DNA of 64,000 nt from Chromatiales bacterium. GTDB taxonomy: Bacteria > Pseudomonadota > Gammaproteobacteria > Steroidobacterales > GCA-2729495. Both the position numbers and the translations under genes were made by a program. The stretch is taken from positions 1,995,722 through 2,059,721 of the forward strand of contig CP070671.1 in the NCBI GenBank assembly GCA_020351875.1. The letters are read 5' to 3'. The notes below the pieces were generated by a model. That model saw only the letters and a program-made list of their open reading frames with translations, ran no database searches and was not told the DNA's origin. Positions 1 through 8,578 of this stretch are shown here, piece after piece. Position 1 is the first letter of the stretch, and each line of letters opens with the position of its first letter.

Positions 1-644
1 GGCTCGACGTGCTGATCAATAATGCGGGCATCACCGAAACCGTGCGGCGCGACAGCGTGCACGGTTACGAGATGACGATGGCGACCAACTGCCTCGGCCC
101 GTTCCTGATTTGCGAACTGCTGAAGGACAAGCTCAAGGCCAGTGCGCCGTCACGGGTGATCAACATCTGTTCCGACGCGCACAAGATGATCAAGGCCCTG
201 GACTTCGACGACATCGACAATCGCGCGGGCTGGCAGGGCGTCAACCACAACAAGGGATTCCAGGCCTATGCGCGTTCGAAGCTGTCGCTGGCCGCGGTGT
301 CTTTCAAACTGGCGGCCGAACTGCAAGGGTCCGGCGTCACCGTGTACACGGTATCGCCAGGTTACTTCATCCAGACGAACATCCATCGCCACATGCGCGG
401 GCTCTGGAAGCTCGGCGTCAAGCTCTGCTGGCCTTTCCTGCAATCCGCCGAGCGCGCGACGCGAACCTACGTCTACCTGGCAAGTGAACCGGCGGTCGCG
501 GGCGACAGTGGGCAGTACTGGGAACACATGGCGCACAAGGAGCCGTCACCGGCGAGCCGCGACCGGGCCTTCCAGGACAGGATCTGGGATTATGCCGCTG
601 AAGCCACCGGCACGTTGCCGGGTGCCGGGGCTGCCGCTGCCTGA
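1..644 (+). CDS. short-chain dehydrogenase/reductase (SDR family), 5' end cut by window edge
   Basis: ORF 9..644 stays open back to base 1 (reads ..LDVLINNAG, the SDR NNAG motif). YARSK matches the YxxxK catalytic motif. Confidence 0.85.
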   Translation, partial: LDVLINNAGITETVRRDSVHGYEMTMATNCLGPFLICELLKDKLKASAPSRVINICSDAHKMIKALDFDDIDNRAGWQGVNHNKGFQAYARSKLSLAAVSFKLAAELQGSGVTVYTVSPGYFIQTNIHRHMRGLWKLGVKLCWPFLQSAERATRTYVYLASEPAVAGDSGQYWEHMAHKEPSPASRDRAFQDRIWDYAAEATGTLPGAGAAAA

Positions 645-652
645 GTCGGTGA

Positions 653-1858
653 CTAGATGACGCCGCGCTCGCGCAGGTCCGCCAGTTCGTCGGCGGACAT
701 GCCCAGCACGCCGCTGTATATCTCTTCGTTGTGCGCGCCGACGTCCGGCCCCGGCCAATCCGTGCGCCCAGGCGTGTCGCTGAGCTTCGGCACGATGGCC
801 GGAATCTTCAGTTCATCCCCGTTGATCTGCACGGTTTCAAACATGCCGCGCGCCTGGTACTGGGGATCTTGCAGCATGTCGACGACGCTGTAGATCGGGC
901 CGCCGGGCACGCGGGCCTCTTCCAGTGCCGTGAGCAGTTCATCGGAGGTCAGCGTCTCGGTCCACGCCGTGATCGCGTCGTCCAGCTCCTGTTCGTGCTC
1001 CACCCGACCCGCGTTGTCGGCCATGCGCGGGTCTTCACCCAGGTCATCACGGCCCATCGCGTGGCAAAGCCGTTTGAAGATCGAATCGCCATTGCCGCCG
1101 ATGATCACGAACTTGCCGTCTTTGCACCGATAGGTGTTCGTCGGCACGATGCCGGTGATGGTCGAACCGGAAGGCTCGCGAATCACGCCGGCGCCGTCGT
1201 ACTCGGGCACCACACCTTCCAGCAGGTTGTACACGGCCTCGTAAATGGCCGAGTCGACGACCTGGCCCTTGTGTTCCGGGTCCCGCGACCGGTTCACCAC
1301 TGCGAGCAGGATGCCGATGACGGAGTGTATGCCAGCCAGCGTGTCACCAATGCTGAGATTCGGGCGCACCGGCGCCTCGCCAGGATGACCGTTCACGTAG
1401 CGAAAGCCACCGAAACCCTCACAGACCGACGCAAAGCCGGGCTTCGACGCGTAGGGGCCCGTCTGGCCGTAGCCGGAGATGCGCGCGTAAATGAGTCCCG
1501 GGTTCGCGCCCCTGAGCACCTCCGGGCCCAGGCCCCATTTCTCCATCGTGCCGGGCCGGAAGTTCTCGACGATCACGTCGGCGGTTTCTGCCAGCCGGCG
1601 CACCAGGTCGCGGCCTTCATCCGTTCGCAGGTTCGCTGTCACGCATTTCTTGTTGCGGGCCAGGCTGTGCCACCAAAGGGCCATGCCGTCTTTCATGACC
1701 CGCCACTTGCGAATCGGGTCACCGTCGCCGGGCGTTTCCACCTTGATGACTTCGGCGCCGTAGTAGCCGAGCATGGTGCCGGTGAAAGGCCCGGCCAGCA
1801 GCTGGCCGACTTCAATCACACGGATGCCGTCGAGGGGGCGGGCGTTGTTCTTTGTCAT
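653..1858 (-). CDS. family III CoA-transferase (CaiB/BaiF type)
   Basis: 401-aa ORF. The N-terminus PLDGIRVIEVGQLLAGPFTGTMLGYYGAEVIKVE is the typical CaiB/BaiF signature. Confidence 0.85.
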   Translation of the reverse strand: MTKNNARPLDGIRVIEVGQLLAGPFTGTMLGYYGAEVIKVETPGDGDPIRKWRVMKDGMALWWHSLARNKKCVTANLRTDEGRDLVRRLAETADVIVENFRPGTMEKWGLGPEVLRGANPGLIYARISGYGQTGPYASKPGFASVCEGFGGFRYVNGHPGEAPVRPNLSIGDTLAGIHSVIGILLAVVNRSRDPEHKGQVVDSAIYEAVYNLLEGVVPEYDGAGVIREPSGSTITGIVPTNTYRCKDGKFVIIGGNGDSIFKRLCHAMGRDDLGEDPRMADNAGRVEHEQELDDAITAWTETLTSDELLTALEEARVPGGPIYSVVDMLQDPQYQARGMFETVQINGDELKIPAIVPKLSDTPGRTDWPGPDVGAHNEEIYSGVLGMSADELADLRERGVI

Positions 1859-1967
1859 GACACAGGCTCCCGTCTGCGCGGGGTTTGTTGTTGGTGGGAG
1901 AGTTTCAGTCTAGCCCAAGCCTGCCGGCCATGACAGCCGGCGGCAGCCGCTCTCCGTCAGTCGAATG

Positions 1968-1996
1968 CCGGGCCACCGGGCACGCTGGTGGCCCGG
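1968..1996 (-). terminator. possible hairpin terminator after the 2002..2508 gene
   Basis: 10-bp inverted repeat CCGGGCCACC/GGTGGCCCGG with a 9-nt loop, 5 nt past the stop codon. No clear U-tract on the minus strand. Confidence 0.3.
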
Positions 1997-2001
1997 TCCG
2001 G

Positions 2002-2508
2002 CTACTGCTGCGTCGCGCTCGTCGCTTCCGTCGCTTCGGTCAGCGGAATCACGCGGGCGAGGTCGAAATTGATCACCGCGTCGAGCTTGCGCTCGATTTG
2101 CAGGTAACGCATCACTTTGCGCTCGGGCAGCACCTTGCGGAACTCGCGAATGTACTTGCGCTGGAGCTTCAGCATGTCTTCTTCGTATTTCACGACCGCG
2201 TCGACAATCGCTCTCGCCTGCTCGTCGGTCATCGTCTCGTAGTTGTCCCGGAAGGCCTTGATGTTCTCCAGCCGGCGATCGGTCAGTGGCGCACGGTCGT
2301 ACTGGAAATCGCGGTACACGGGCCAGAACTTTTCGCTTTCTGCCTCGGTCAGCTGCAGGTTCTCGGCGACCAGGGCCTGGCGTTTCGTGGCGATCTGGGA
2401 GCGCATCACTTCCATCACGTCGCGTTCCTGCTGGGCACCGGCAACGGGCGCGTAGAGGCCCACAGCGAGGGCGATAGCGATGAAGGCGGAGCAAATCTTG
2501 CTGGGCAT
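2002..2508 (-). CDS. secreted/periplasmic helical protein, function unknown
   Basis: ORF 2002..2571, start trimmed to the ATG at 2508 (MPSKICSAFIAIALAVGLYAPVAGAQQ looks like a signal peptide). The charged helical remainder gave no family I can name confidently. Confidence 0.6.
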   Translation of the reverse strand: MPSKICSAFIAIALAVGLYAPVAGAQQERDVMEVMRSQIATKRQALVAENLQLTEAESEKFWPVYRDFQYDRAPLTDRRLENIKAFRDNYETMTDEQARAIVDAVVKYEEDMLKLQRKYIREFRKVLPERKVMRYLQIERKLDAVINFDLARVIPLTEATEATSATQQ

Positions 2509-2545
2509 GAGTGATCTCGCAGGTTGGGGAGGCGCGCACGTTACC

Positions 2546-3157
2546 CTAACGTGGCTGAGCTTGTCCAACATAGTGATAGGAGATGAAACGCGGCCCGTCG
2601 AAGTACTCCTTGCGCAGCTCAGAGAACCGGAAACCCGCGGCGTCGATCAGCCGGTCCATGGGCCGGTTCAGCGAGCAGCCCAGCAGCGGGCGGCTCAGCG
2701 GCGTCAGCCGGTCCTGCCACCTGGCCACGCCGGCGTCGGGCGCCCGGCCATGTTCCAGGAACAGCAGGCGACCGGCCGGTTTCAGCACCCGGCGTATCTC
2801 CGACAGCGCGGTGTCCAGATCTTGGATCGAACACAGGGTCCACGTCGTCACGACCGTATCGACGCTGGCATCCTCCAGCGGGATGGCCTCTGCCCCGGCC
2901 TCGATCAGGTCGACTTCAAAGGCCGCGCGCTCGGCGCGTTCCGCGGCTTGTTCCAGCAGCTTGCGGGCCGGTTCCAGCCCGAACACATGGGTCACCTCGT
3001 CGCCGTAATGCTCAAGGTTCAGGCCGGTGCCCAGGCCGACTTCGAGCACCCGGCCGGATGCCAGCGATGGCACCAGCGGTCGGTACTTGGTCATTTGCTT
3101 GTTTTCCATGCCGCGCGCGATCAGCGCAGGCAGGACACGGTCGGCGTACCAGCCCAT
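2546..3157 (-). CDS. class I SAM-dependent methyltransferase
   Basis: VLEVGLGTGLNLEHY is the SAM-binding motif I. Start trimmed to the ATG at 3157 because the longer ORF would overlap the upstream dehalogenase, which stops at 3162. Confidence 0.8.
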   Translation of the reverse strand: MGWYADRVLPALIARGMENKQMTKYRPLVPSLASGRVLEVGLGTGLNLEHYGDEVTHVFGLEPARKLLEQAAERAERAAFEVDLIEAGAEAIPLEDASVDTVVTTWTLCSIQDLDTALSEIRRVLKPAGRLLFLEHGRAPDAGVARWQDRLTPLSRPLLGCSLNRPMDRLIDAAGFRFSELRKEYFDGPRFISYHYVGQAQPR

Positions 3158-3161
3158 GAAA

Positions 3162-4034
3162 TCAGGGTAGCCGGCGCAGCCAGTCGGCGATGGCCGCGCC
3201 AATTTCGGGGCCGGAGTCTTCCTGGATGAAGTGGATGCCACGCACGGTCACTTCGCTCTGGTTCGGCCAGCTGCGGCAAAACTCGCGTGGCGCCCCGGTC
3301 AGGATGGCCCCGGGTTTGGCGTTGATGAACAGCTTCGGGATCTCGCAACGGGCAAGCCACGCAGCGTACTCGCTGACCACGGCGACGACGTCCGCCGGTG
3401 TGCCGTCGATGGGCAGCTCGCGCGGCCATGTCAGGGTGGGGCGCCGATCTTCGCCGGGATTCTCGAACGGGGTGCGGTAGGCCGCCATCTCTTCGGTGCC
3501 CAGTTCCCGGATAATCGATCCCGGCAGCACGCGTTCGACGAACAGGTTTTTCTGCAGCACCAGGTCTTCGCCGGACGCGCTGCGAAATGCCTGGAACAGG
3601 CTGCGCCCGGCTTCCGGCCATTCGCTCCATTTCAGCGGGCGCACGAGCGCCTCCATGTAGACCAGGCCGCGTACACGCTCCGGATGGCGCCGGGCCCAGT
3701 CAAAGCCCAGGGCGGAGCCCCAGTCGTGCAGGACGAGCGTAACCGCATCGCCGAGATCCAGCTGTTCCAGCAGCGCATCGAGGTACCGGCGATGCGTGTT
3801 GAAGCGATAGCTGTCAGCGTTGGAGTTCGCAAGTTTCTGCGACTGGCCCATGCCGATCAGGTCCGGGGCCAGGCAACGGGCCTGCCCGGCGATCTCGGGC
3901 ATCACATCGCGCCACAGGTAACTGGAGGTCGGGTTGCCGTGCAGGAATACCACCGGGTCCCCGGTACCCGCTTCGCGGCACGCCATGGAATGATCGAGCA
4001 CGTCATAGAAGCGCGTTTCGGTAGCCGTGCTCAT
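3162..4034 (-). CDS. haloalkane dehalogenase-type alpha/beta hydrolase
   Basis: 290 aa. VVFLHGNPTSSYLWRDVMP and VLHDWGSALGFDWA (nucleophile elbow with Asp) are hallmark haloalkane dehalogenase (DhaA/DhmA-like) motifs. Confidence 0.85.
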   Translation of the reverse strand: MSTATETRFYDVLDHSMACREAGTGDPVVFLHGNPTSSYLWRDVMPEIAGQARCLAPDLIGMGQSQKLANSNADSYRFNTHRRYLDALLEQLDLGDAVTLVLHDWGSALGFDWARRHPERVRGLVYMEALVRPLKWSEWPEAGRSLFQAFRSASGEDLVLQKNLFVERVLPGSIIRELGTEEMAAYRTPFENPGEDRRPTLTWPRELPIDGTPADVVAVVSEYAAWLARCEIPKLFINAKPGAILTGAPREFCRSWPNQSEVTVRGIHFIQEDSGPEIGAAIADWLRRLP

Positions 4035-4882
4035 TGGCGACGTTTTCGCAGGATCGCGTCGGCAACGAGCGCGAGGAAATCGGCCTCGTTCTCGATGGCT
4101 GCGGCTTCACGCGCCTCCACCGTATATCCGTGAGCGTCGGCCACGCCCTGGTACAGCGGGCGGCGGTGGCGCACCAGTTCCGGGAATATCCAGCTGACGA
4201 AGTGGTCCGGATCGATGTCGTCCGGGCCGTTGAGACTCTTCTCGCGCAAGTACAACGCCAGCCGTTCGTCCAGGAAATCTTCCCGGTAGTACAGCGGTTT
4301 CGGGTTGCTGACCGCGCGCTTGATCAATTCTTCTTCCATGTCGCTGCCCGCGCGCAGGTACAGGATGAGCGTGTGATCGATCAGTGTCTGCATGGCCGCC
4401 GGATTGTCGAGTTCGACGATGCTGCCACCGGCGTCATTCAGAAAATGATCGTAACCGTAGATCTCATTCGACTTGCGGATGAAACTCTTCACGTCGTTCA
4501 TGGCTGCCGCTTCTGCGTCGGCATGCAGATGCTGCCGGCGCTTGAACTCCTCGAGGGACAGCCCGCCGCGGTCGCGACGGCCCAGCTTGCCGAGGAAGCT
4601 GGAAACCGGCTCGAGATTGTGCACTGTGATGTTACTGGCAATGTAAATGGAATCACTGCGCAGCAGGTCGCGCAGGAAGTCCACTTTCATCGCCTGCCGC
4701 TTGATGTTGTCCAGTATCGGCTCTTCCAGGTACTTGGTGCCGATGCGGTAGTCCCCGGAGTAGTGGAACCAGCGACTTTGTGGCAAGCGATTGGCCAGGT
4801 AGGTCTTGCCCACGCCGGACATGCCCAGCAGGGTGATGGCCTTGCGGGGCCAGCGCAGGAATTGTTCCGCGGTCATCTGCAT
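4031..4882 (-). CDS. P-loop NTPase (kinase-like), function unknown
   Basis: Walker A LLGMSGVGKT. Start trimmed to the ATG at 4882 (MQMTAEQF) so it no longer overlaps the HNH gene. Its stop overlaps the dehalogenase start by 4 nt. Confidence 0.7.
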   Translation of the reverse strand: MQMTAEQFLRWPRKAITLLGMSGVGKTYLANRLPQSRWFHYSGDYRIGTKYLEEPILDNIKRQAMKVDFLRDLLRSDSIYIASNITVHNLEPVSSFLGKLGRRDRGGLSLEEFKRRQHLHADAEAAAMNDVKSFIRKSNEIYGYDHFLNDAGGSIVELDNPAAMQTLIDHTLILYLRAGSDMEEELIKRAVSNPKPLYYREDFLDERLALYLREKSLNGPDDIDPDHFVSWIFPELVRHRRPLYQGVADAHGYTVEAREAAAIENEADFLALVADAILRKRRQ

Positions 4883-4928
4883 GCCGGGATTGTTGCCGCG
4901 GGTGCCGCCCGGCGCAAGGCCGCCGGCG

Positions 4929-5933
4929 TCAGAGCCCGGCCAGGCGCCGGTGCAGGTCGAGGGAGTCCGTGCTGGGGCGGTGCGCCTCTTCCTTTGGATA
5001 GCGTAGCGGCCGGCCGGCCAGGATCCGGTAGTTCGTGTCGAGCATATCGTCGGCGATGATGACATTGAGATTGCGGGTATCCACCGCGATCTTGCCAAGG
5101 TCGAACAGCGTGTGGATGTCCGCCCGCAGCAGCAGGCCGTTGGTCGGATCGTTGGTCAGTCGCCCCCGGTACGGCACGATGTACGCAGCCTCCAGGGCGT
5201 CGGGCGCGTCGCAGCTGGTAACCGCACACTTGAAATCGTAGGCCGCGAGCAGACGCTTGCGGAATTCCGGGTGCCCGCGACGGCGGATTATCGCGTCGAC
5301 CACCTGGTTGCGGGCTTCCTTGCTGCTGGCCGTCTTGAAGGCCCGGAGCTTTTCCTGGTCGCGCTCGGTAAGCTGGATGATGCCGCTCATGTCCAGGATC
5401 GGCCCGCCCGCGCCCGTATTCAGCAACCGGCGCCGGACGAACCGGTCGACCGTCGCGAAATCCGCCTCGATCCGGTCCAGGATCTTGTCATCCACGCGCT
5501 GGAAGTCGCGGTACTGATCCGGGAGGTAGTCGGTCAGCTGGTTGCACGGCAGCGACAACGGGATCGGTTCCGACAGGAAAAACAGCAGTTCCCGGGCCGG
5601 CTCGTCAGGGTCGGTGTCCCAGATCGCCCGCGCGGCCCGTTCATTGTTGTAACGCCCGATCACCTTGGCGAAGTGGTGGAAGGTGTCCTTGTAGACCAGC
5701 AGCACACAGTCGCCCGGCGCCATCTGGAACCAGGCCTCGACGAACTCCGCCTGGTTGGGCAGCCCCCACGCATAGAAACCCCGGCCGCGACGCTCGATCT
5801 CGATGAGCTCGGGATAGGTCGCGTCGCTGAAGTTCGCAATGACTTTCTGCCGGTCGATGGCATGGATGATCGAGCGCTCCAGGTCTTTCCGGGAGCGGGC
5901 ATCCTCTGCGGGCGCGACGAACAGTTTCGGCAT
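4929..5933 (-). CDS. HNH endonuclease (HNH_2 type) with an uncharacterised ~200-aa N-terminal domain
   Basis: The C-terminal FRKRLLAAYDFKCAVTSCDAPDALEAAYIVPY...NGLLLRADIHTLFDLGKIAV matches the HNH_2 / predicted restriction endonuclease pattern. I cannot assign the N-terminal domain. Confidence 0.75.
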   Translation of the reverse strand: MPKLFVAPAEDARSRKDLERSIIHAIDRQKVIANFSDATYPELIEIERRGRGFYAWGLPNQAEFVEAWFQMAPGDCVLLVYKDTFHHFAKVIGRYNNERAARAIWDTDPDEPARELLFFLSEPIPLSLPCNQLTDYLPDQYRDFQRVDDKILDRIEADFATVDRFVRRRLLNTGAGGPILDMSGIIQLTERDQEKLRAFKTASSKEARNQVVDAIIRRRGHPEFRKRLLAAYDFKCAVTSCDAPDALEAAYIVPYRGRLTNDPTNGLLLRADIHTLFDLGKIAVDTRNLNVIIADDMLDTNYRILAGRPLRYPKEEAHRPSTDSLDLHRRLAGL

Positions 5934-6083
5934 AGGTATCTCGATGACGCCAGTGGATTATTCGCCCGCGCCGTTTGCATTGCAACGACGGGCTCCTCTG
6001 GCGATGCGCGGGGGGTTATCATTGCGGGCTTTGCGCGCCGCGGCCCGGTCCCCGGCGCTTCATCTTGGGGGCGGTCCCGGGCA

Positions 6084-8576
6084 ATGGGCAAGGATCTCTG
6101 GCAAGTCCACAAATTCGGCGGCTCCAGCCTGGCCGACCCGGACTGTTTCCGGCGGGTCGCGAATATCCTGCTGGATGCCGGCCCTGCGCCCATCGCGGTG
6201 GTCGTGTCGGCCATGGGCGGTATGACCGACGCGTTGCTGGGCCTGGTCGCCACCGCAGAGCAGGGACCAGACGACATTGCGCCAGGTCTTGAGGCCATCG
6301 CCGCGCGCTACGAAGCGGCGGTTGGCGAGCTCCTCGGAGATGGCGCCGAAGCGACTGCCGTACTGGATGCCTTCCGGGCCGAGCTGGGAGATGCGTCGGA
6401 CGTGCTGCACGCCATCTCACTGGTGCGCTCGGCAGCGGATCGCAGCCGTGACCTGGTCGCCGGCTTCGGCGAACTGTGGTCGTCGCGGTTGCTGGCCAGG
6501 TACCTGGAGCGCGAGTCCGTCGCCCGTAATTGCGAGACCGACATACGCTGGCTGGACGCCCGGCAGCTCATCGTCGTCGAGCAGGGCGAGATGGGCCCGG
6601 CCGTGCTCTGGGAACCGTCCCGGGCAAACGCCGCGCAACATTTCCCGGCGCCAGCCGCCGGTATCACCGTGATCACCGGTTATATCGCCGCGGACGAAGC
6701 CGGCCTGCACACCACGCTGGGCCGGAACGGCAGTGACTTCTCGGCCTCCATCGTGGGGGCCCTGTTGCAGGCAGACAGCATAAGCATCTGGACCGACGTG
6801 GATGGGGTGCTGAGCGCCGACCCGAACCGGGTGCCCGAGGCTGCCGTGATCGACGAGCTGTCCTACAACGAGGCCATGGAGCTGGCTTATTTCGGCGCCA
6901 AGGTCATTCATCCGCAAACGATGGCGCCCGCAGTGACCCACGGGATCCCGATCTGGATACGCAACACGTTCAAGCCGCAGGCGCCAGGTTCGTGCATTTG
7001 CGGTGACAGCAGCGCCGGCTCCCAGATCAAGGGCATCACGTCGATCAGCGCTGTGTCACTCGTGAACCTGGAAGGAGCCGGCATGATCGGCGTGCCGGGT
7101 ACCGCCGACCGATTGTTCGGGGCCCTGCGCGCAGCCGGGATCTCCGTGATCCTGATTTCCCAGGCGAGTTCGGAGCATTCCATCTGCTTCGCGGTGCCGG
7201 AGCGGCATTCCGCAGCGGTGGAACAGGTCGTGCGGCGGGCTTTTGCCGCCGAACTCGAACAGGGCCAGATACAGAGCGTGGAAGTGCAGCCCGACTGCAG
7301 CATCATTGCCGTCGTCGGTGACGGGATGGCCGGCACGCCGGGCCTCGCAGCTAAGTTTTTCAGCACCCTGGGGCGAGCGGGCATCAATGTACGCGCCATC
7401 GCGCAGGGTTCATCCGAGCGCAATATCTCTGCGGTCATCGACGCCGAGGACACCACGCGTGCGCTGCGCGCCGCGCATTCCGGCTTCTACCTGTCTGCCG
7501 AAACCCTGTCGGTAGGACTCGTGGGCCCGGGCAACGTGGGTGCGGCACTGCTCGAGCAAATGGCCACCCAGGCCGGCGAACTGCGGGCCAATTTCGGCCT
7601 GGACTTTCGCGTGCGCGGCATCGCCACTTCCAGTCGCATGCTGCTCGCCGAGCGGGCCGTCGACCTGGCCGACTGGCAGGCGGCTTTCGAGGCCGGTGCA
7701 GAACGGCTGGACTGGGAGCGATTCACGGCCCACGTGAACGCCGAGCATCTGCCGCACGCCGTCATGGTGGACTGCAGCGCAAGTGACGAGGTGGCCGGCC
7801 GCTACCTCGACTGGTTCCGGCAGGGCGTGCACGTGGTCACACCGAACAAGAAAGCCGCCAGCGGCAGCCTCGCGGCCTACGCCGAGCTGCACGCGGTGCG
7901 ACGCCGGCACAATGCGCGCTTCCTGTACGAGACCACCGTCGGTGCCGCGCTGCCGATCATCGACACGTTGCGGGATCTGCGCCAGACCGGCGACGACATC
8001 CTCAGTATCGAGGGTATTTTCTCCGGCACGCTCGCGTACCTGTTCAATGTCTATGACGGCAGTGAGCCGTTTTCGGCTATCGTGCGGCAGGCGCGGGACA
8101 GCGGTTACACGGAACCCGATCCGCGCGACGACCTGTCCGGCATGGACGTGGCCCGCAAGGTCATTATCCTGGCGCGCGAGATGGGCCAGCAGCTCGAACT
8201 GGACGACCTGGACGTGGAAAGCCTGGTACCGGCGGAATTGAGTGGCGGGTCCATCGATGATTTTCTGGACGCGCTGCCCGCCTATGACGCAGCCATGCAG
8301 GAACGCTGGCAACAGGCCACCGATGCCGGCCAGGTGCTGCGCTATGTGGGCCGGCTGAGCCGGGACGGCGGCGCGTCCGTGCGGCTGGAAGCCTTGCCGC
8401 TGGAGCACCCGTTTGCACGCATGAACCTGACCGACAACATCGTGCGCTACGTGTCGCGTCGCTACAGCGACAACCCGCTGGTGGTGCAGGGCCCCGGGGC
8501 CGGTCCGGCCGTCACGGCGGCCGGCGTGTTCGCCGACCTGCTGCGCCTGGCCGCCTATCTGGGCGCGAGCCGCTGA
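6084..8576 (+). CDS. thrA: bifunctional aspartokinase / homoserine dehydrogenase
   Basis: Real start is the ATG at 6084 (MGKDLWQVHKFGGSSLAD, aspartokinase N-terminus). The C-terminal half has VGLVGPGNVGAALLEQ (homoserine dehydrogenase NAD fold). Track ORF 5112..8576 is an artefactual upstream extension. Confidence 0.93.
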   Translation: MGKDLWQVHKFGGSSLADPDCFRRVANILLDAGPAPIAVVVSAMGGMTDALLGLVATAEQGPDDIAPGLEAIAARYEAAVGELLGDGAEATAVLDAFRAELGDASDVLHAISLVRSAADRSRDLVAGFGELWSSRLLARYLERESVARNCETDIRWLDARQLIVVEQGEMGPAVLWEPSRANAAQHFPAPAAGITVITGYIAADEAGLHTTLGRNGSDFSASIVGALLQADSISIWTDVDGVLSADPNRVPEAAVIDELSYNEAMELAYFGAKVIHPQTMAPAVTHGIPIWIRNTFKPQAPGSCICGDSSAGSQIKGITSISAVSLVNLEGAGMIGVPGTADRLFGALRAAGISVILISQASSEHSICFAVPERHSAAVEQVVRRAFAAELEQGQIQSVEVQPDCSIIAVVGDGMAGTPGLAAKFFSTLGRAGINVRAIAQGSSERNISAVIDAEDTTRALRAAHSGFYLSAETLSVGLVGPGNVGAALLEQMATQAGELRANFGLDFRVRGIATSSRMLLAERAVDLADWQAAFEAGAERLDWERFTAHVNAEHLPHAVMVDCSASDEVAGRYLDWFRQGVHVVTPNKKAASGSLAAYAELHAVRRRHNARFLYETTVGAALPIIDTLRDLRQTGDDILSIEGIFSGTLAYLFNVYDGSEPFSAIVRQARDSGYTEPDPRDDLSGMDVARKVIILAREMGQQLELDDLDVESLVPAELSGGSIDDFLDALPAYDAAMQERWQQATDAGQVLRYVGRLSRDGGASVRLEALPLEHPFARMNLTDNIVRYVSRRYSDNPLVVQGPGAGPAVTAAGVFADLLRLAAYLGASR

Positions 8577-8578
8577 CC

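Noticed and set aside
731-1933. 400-aa plus-strand ORF opposite the CoA-transferase gene
   Set aside because: Arg/Ala/Gly/His-rich shadow ORF typical of the antisense strand of high-GC genes. The minus-strand product has clear family motifs.
5112-6083. N-terminal 324-aa extension of the 1154-aa ORF 5112..8576
   Set aside because: This part is antisense to the well-supported HNH gene and has low-complexity Arg/Pro/Gly-rich composition. The aspartokinase homology begins exactly at the ATG at 6084.
5934-6083. Possible thr attenuator / leader peptide upstream of thrA
   Set aside because: Translating the short ORFs here gives no Thr/Ile-rich peptide, and I saw no terminator/antiterminator pair.
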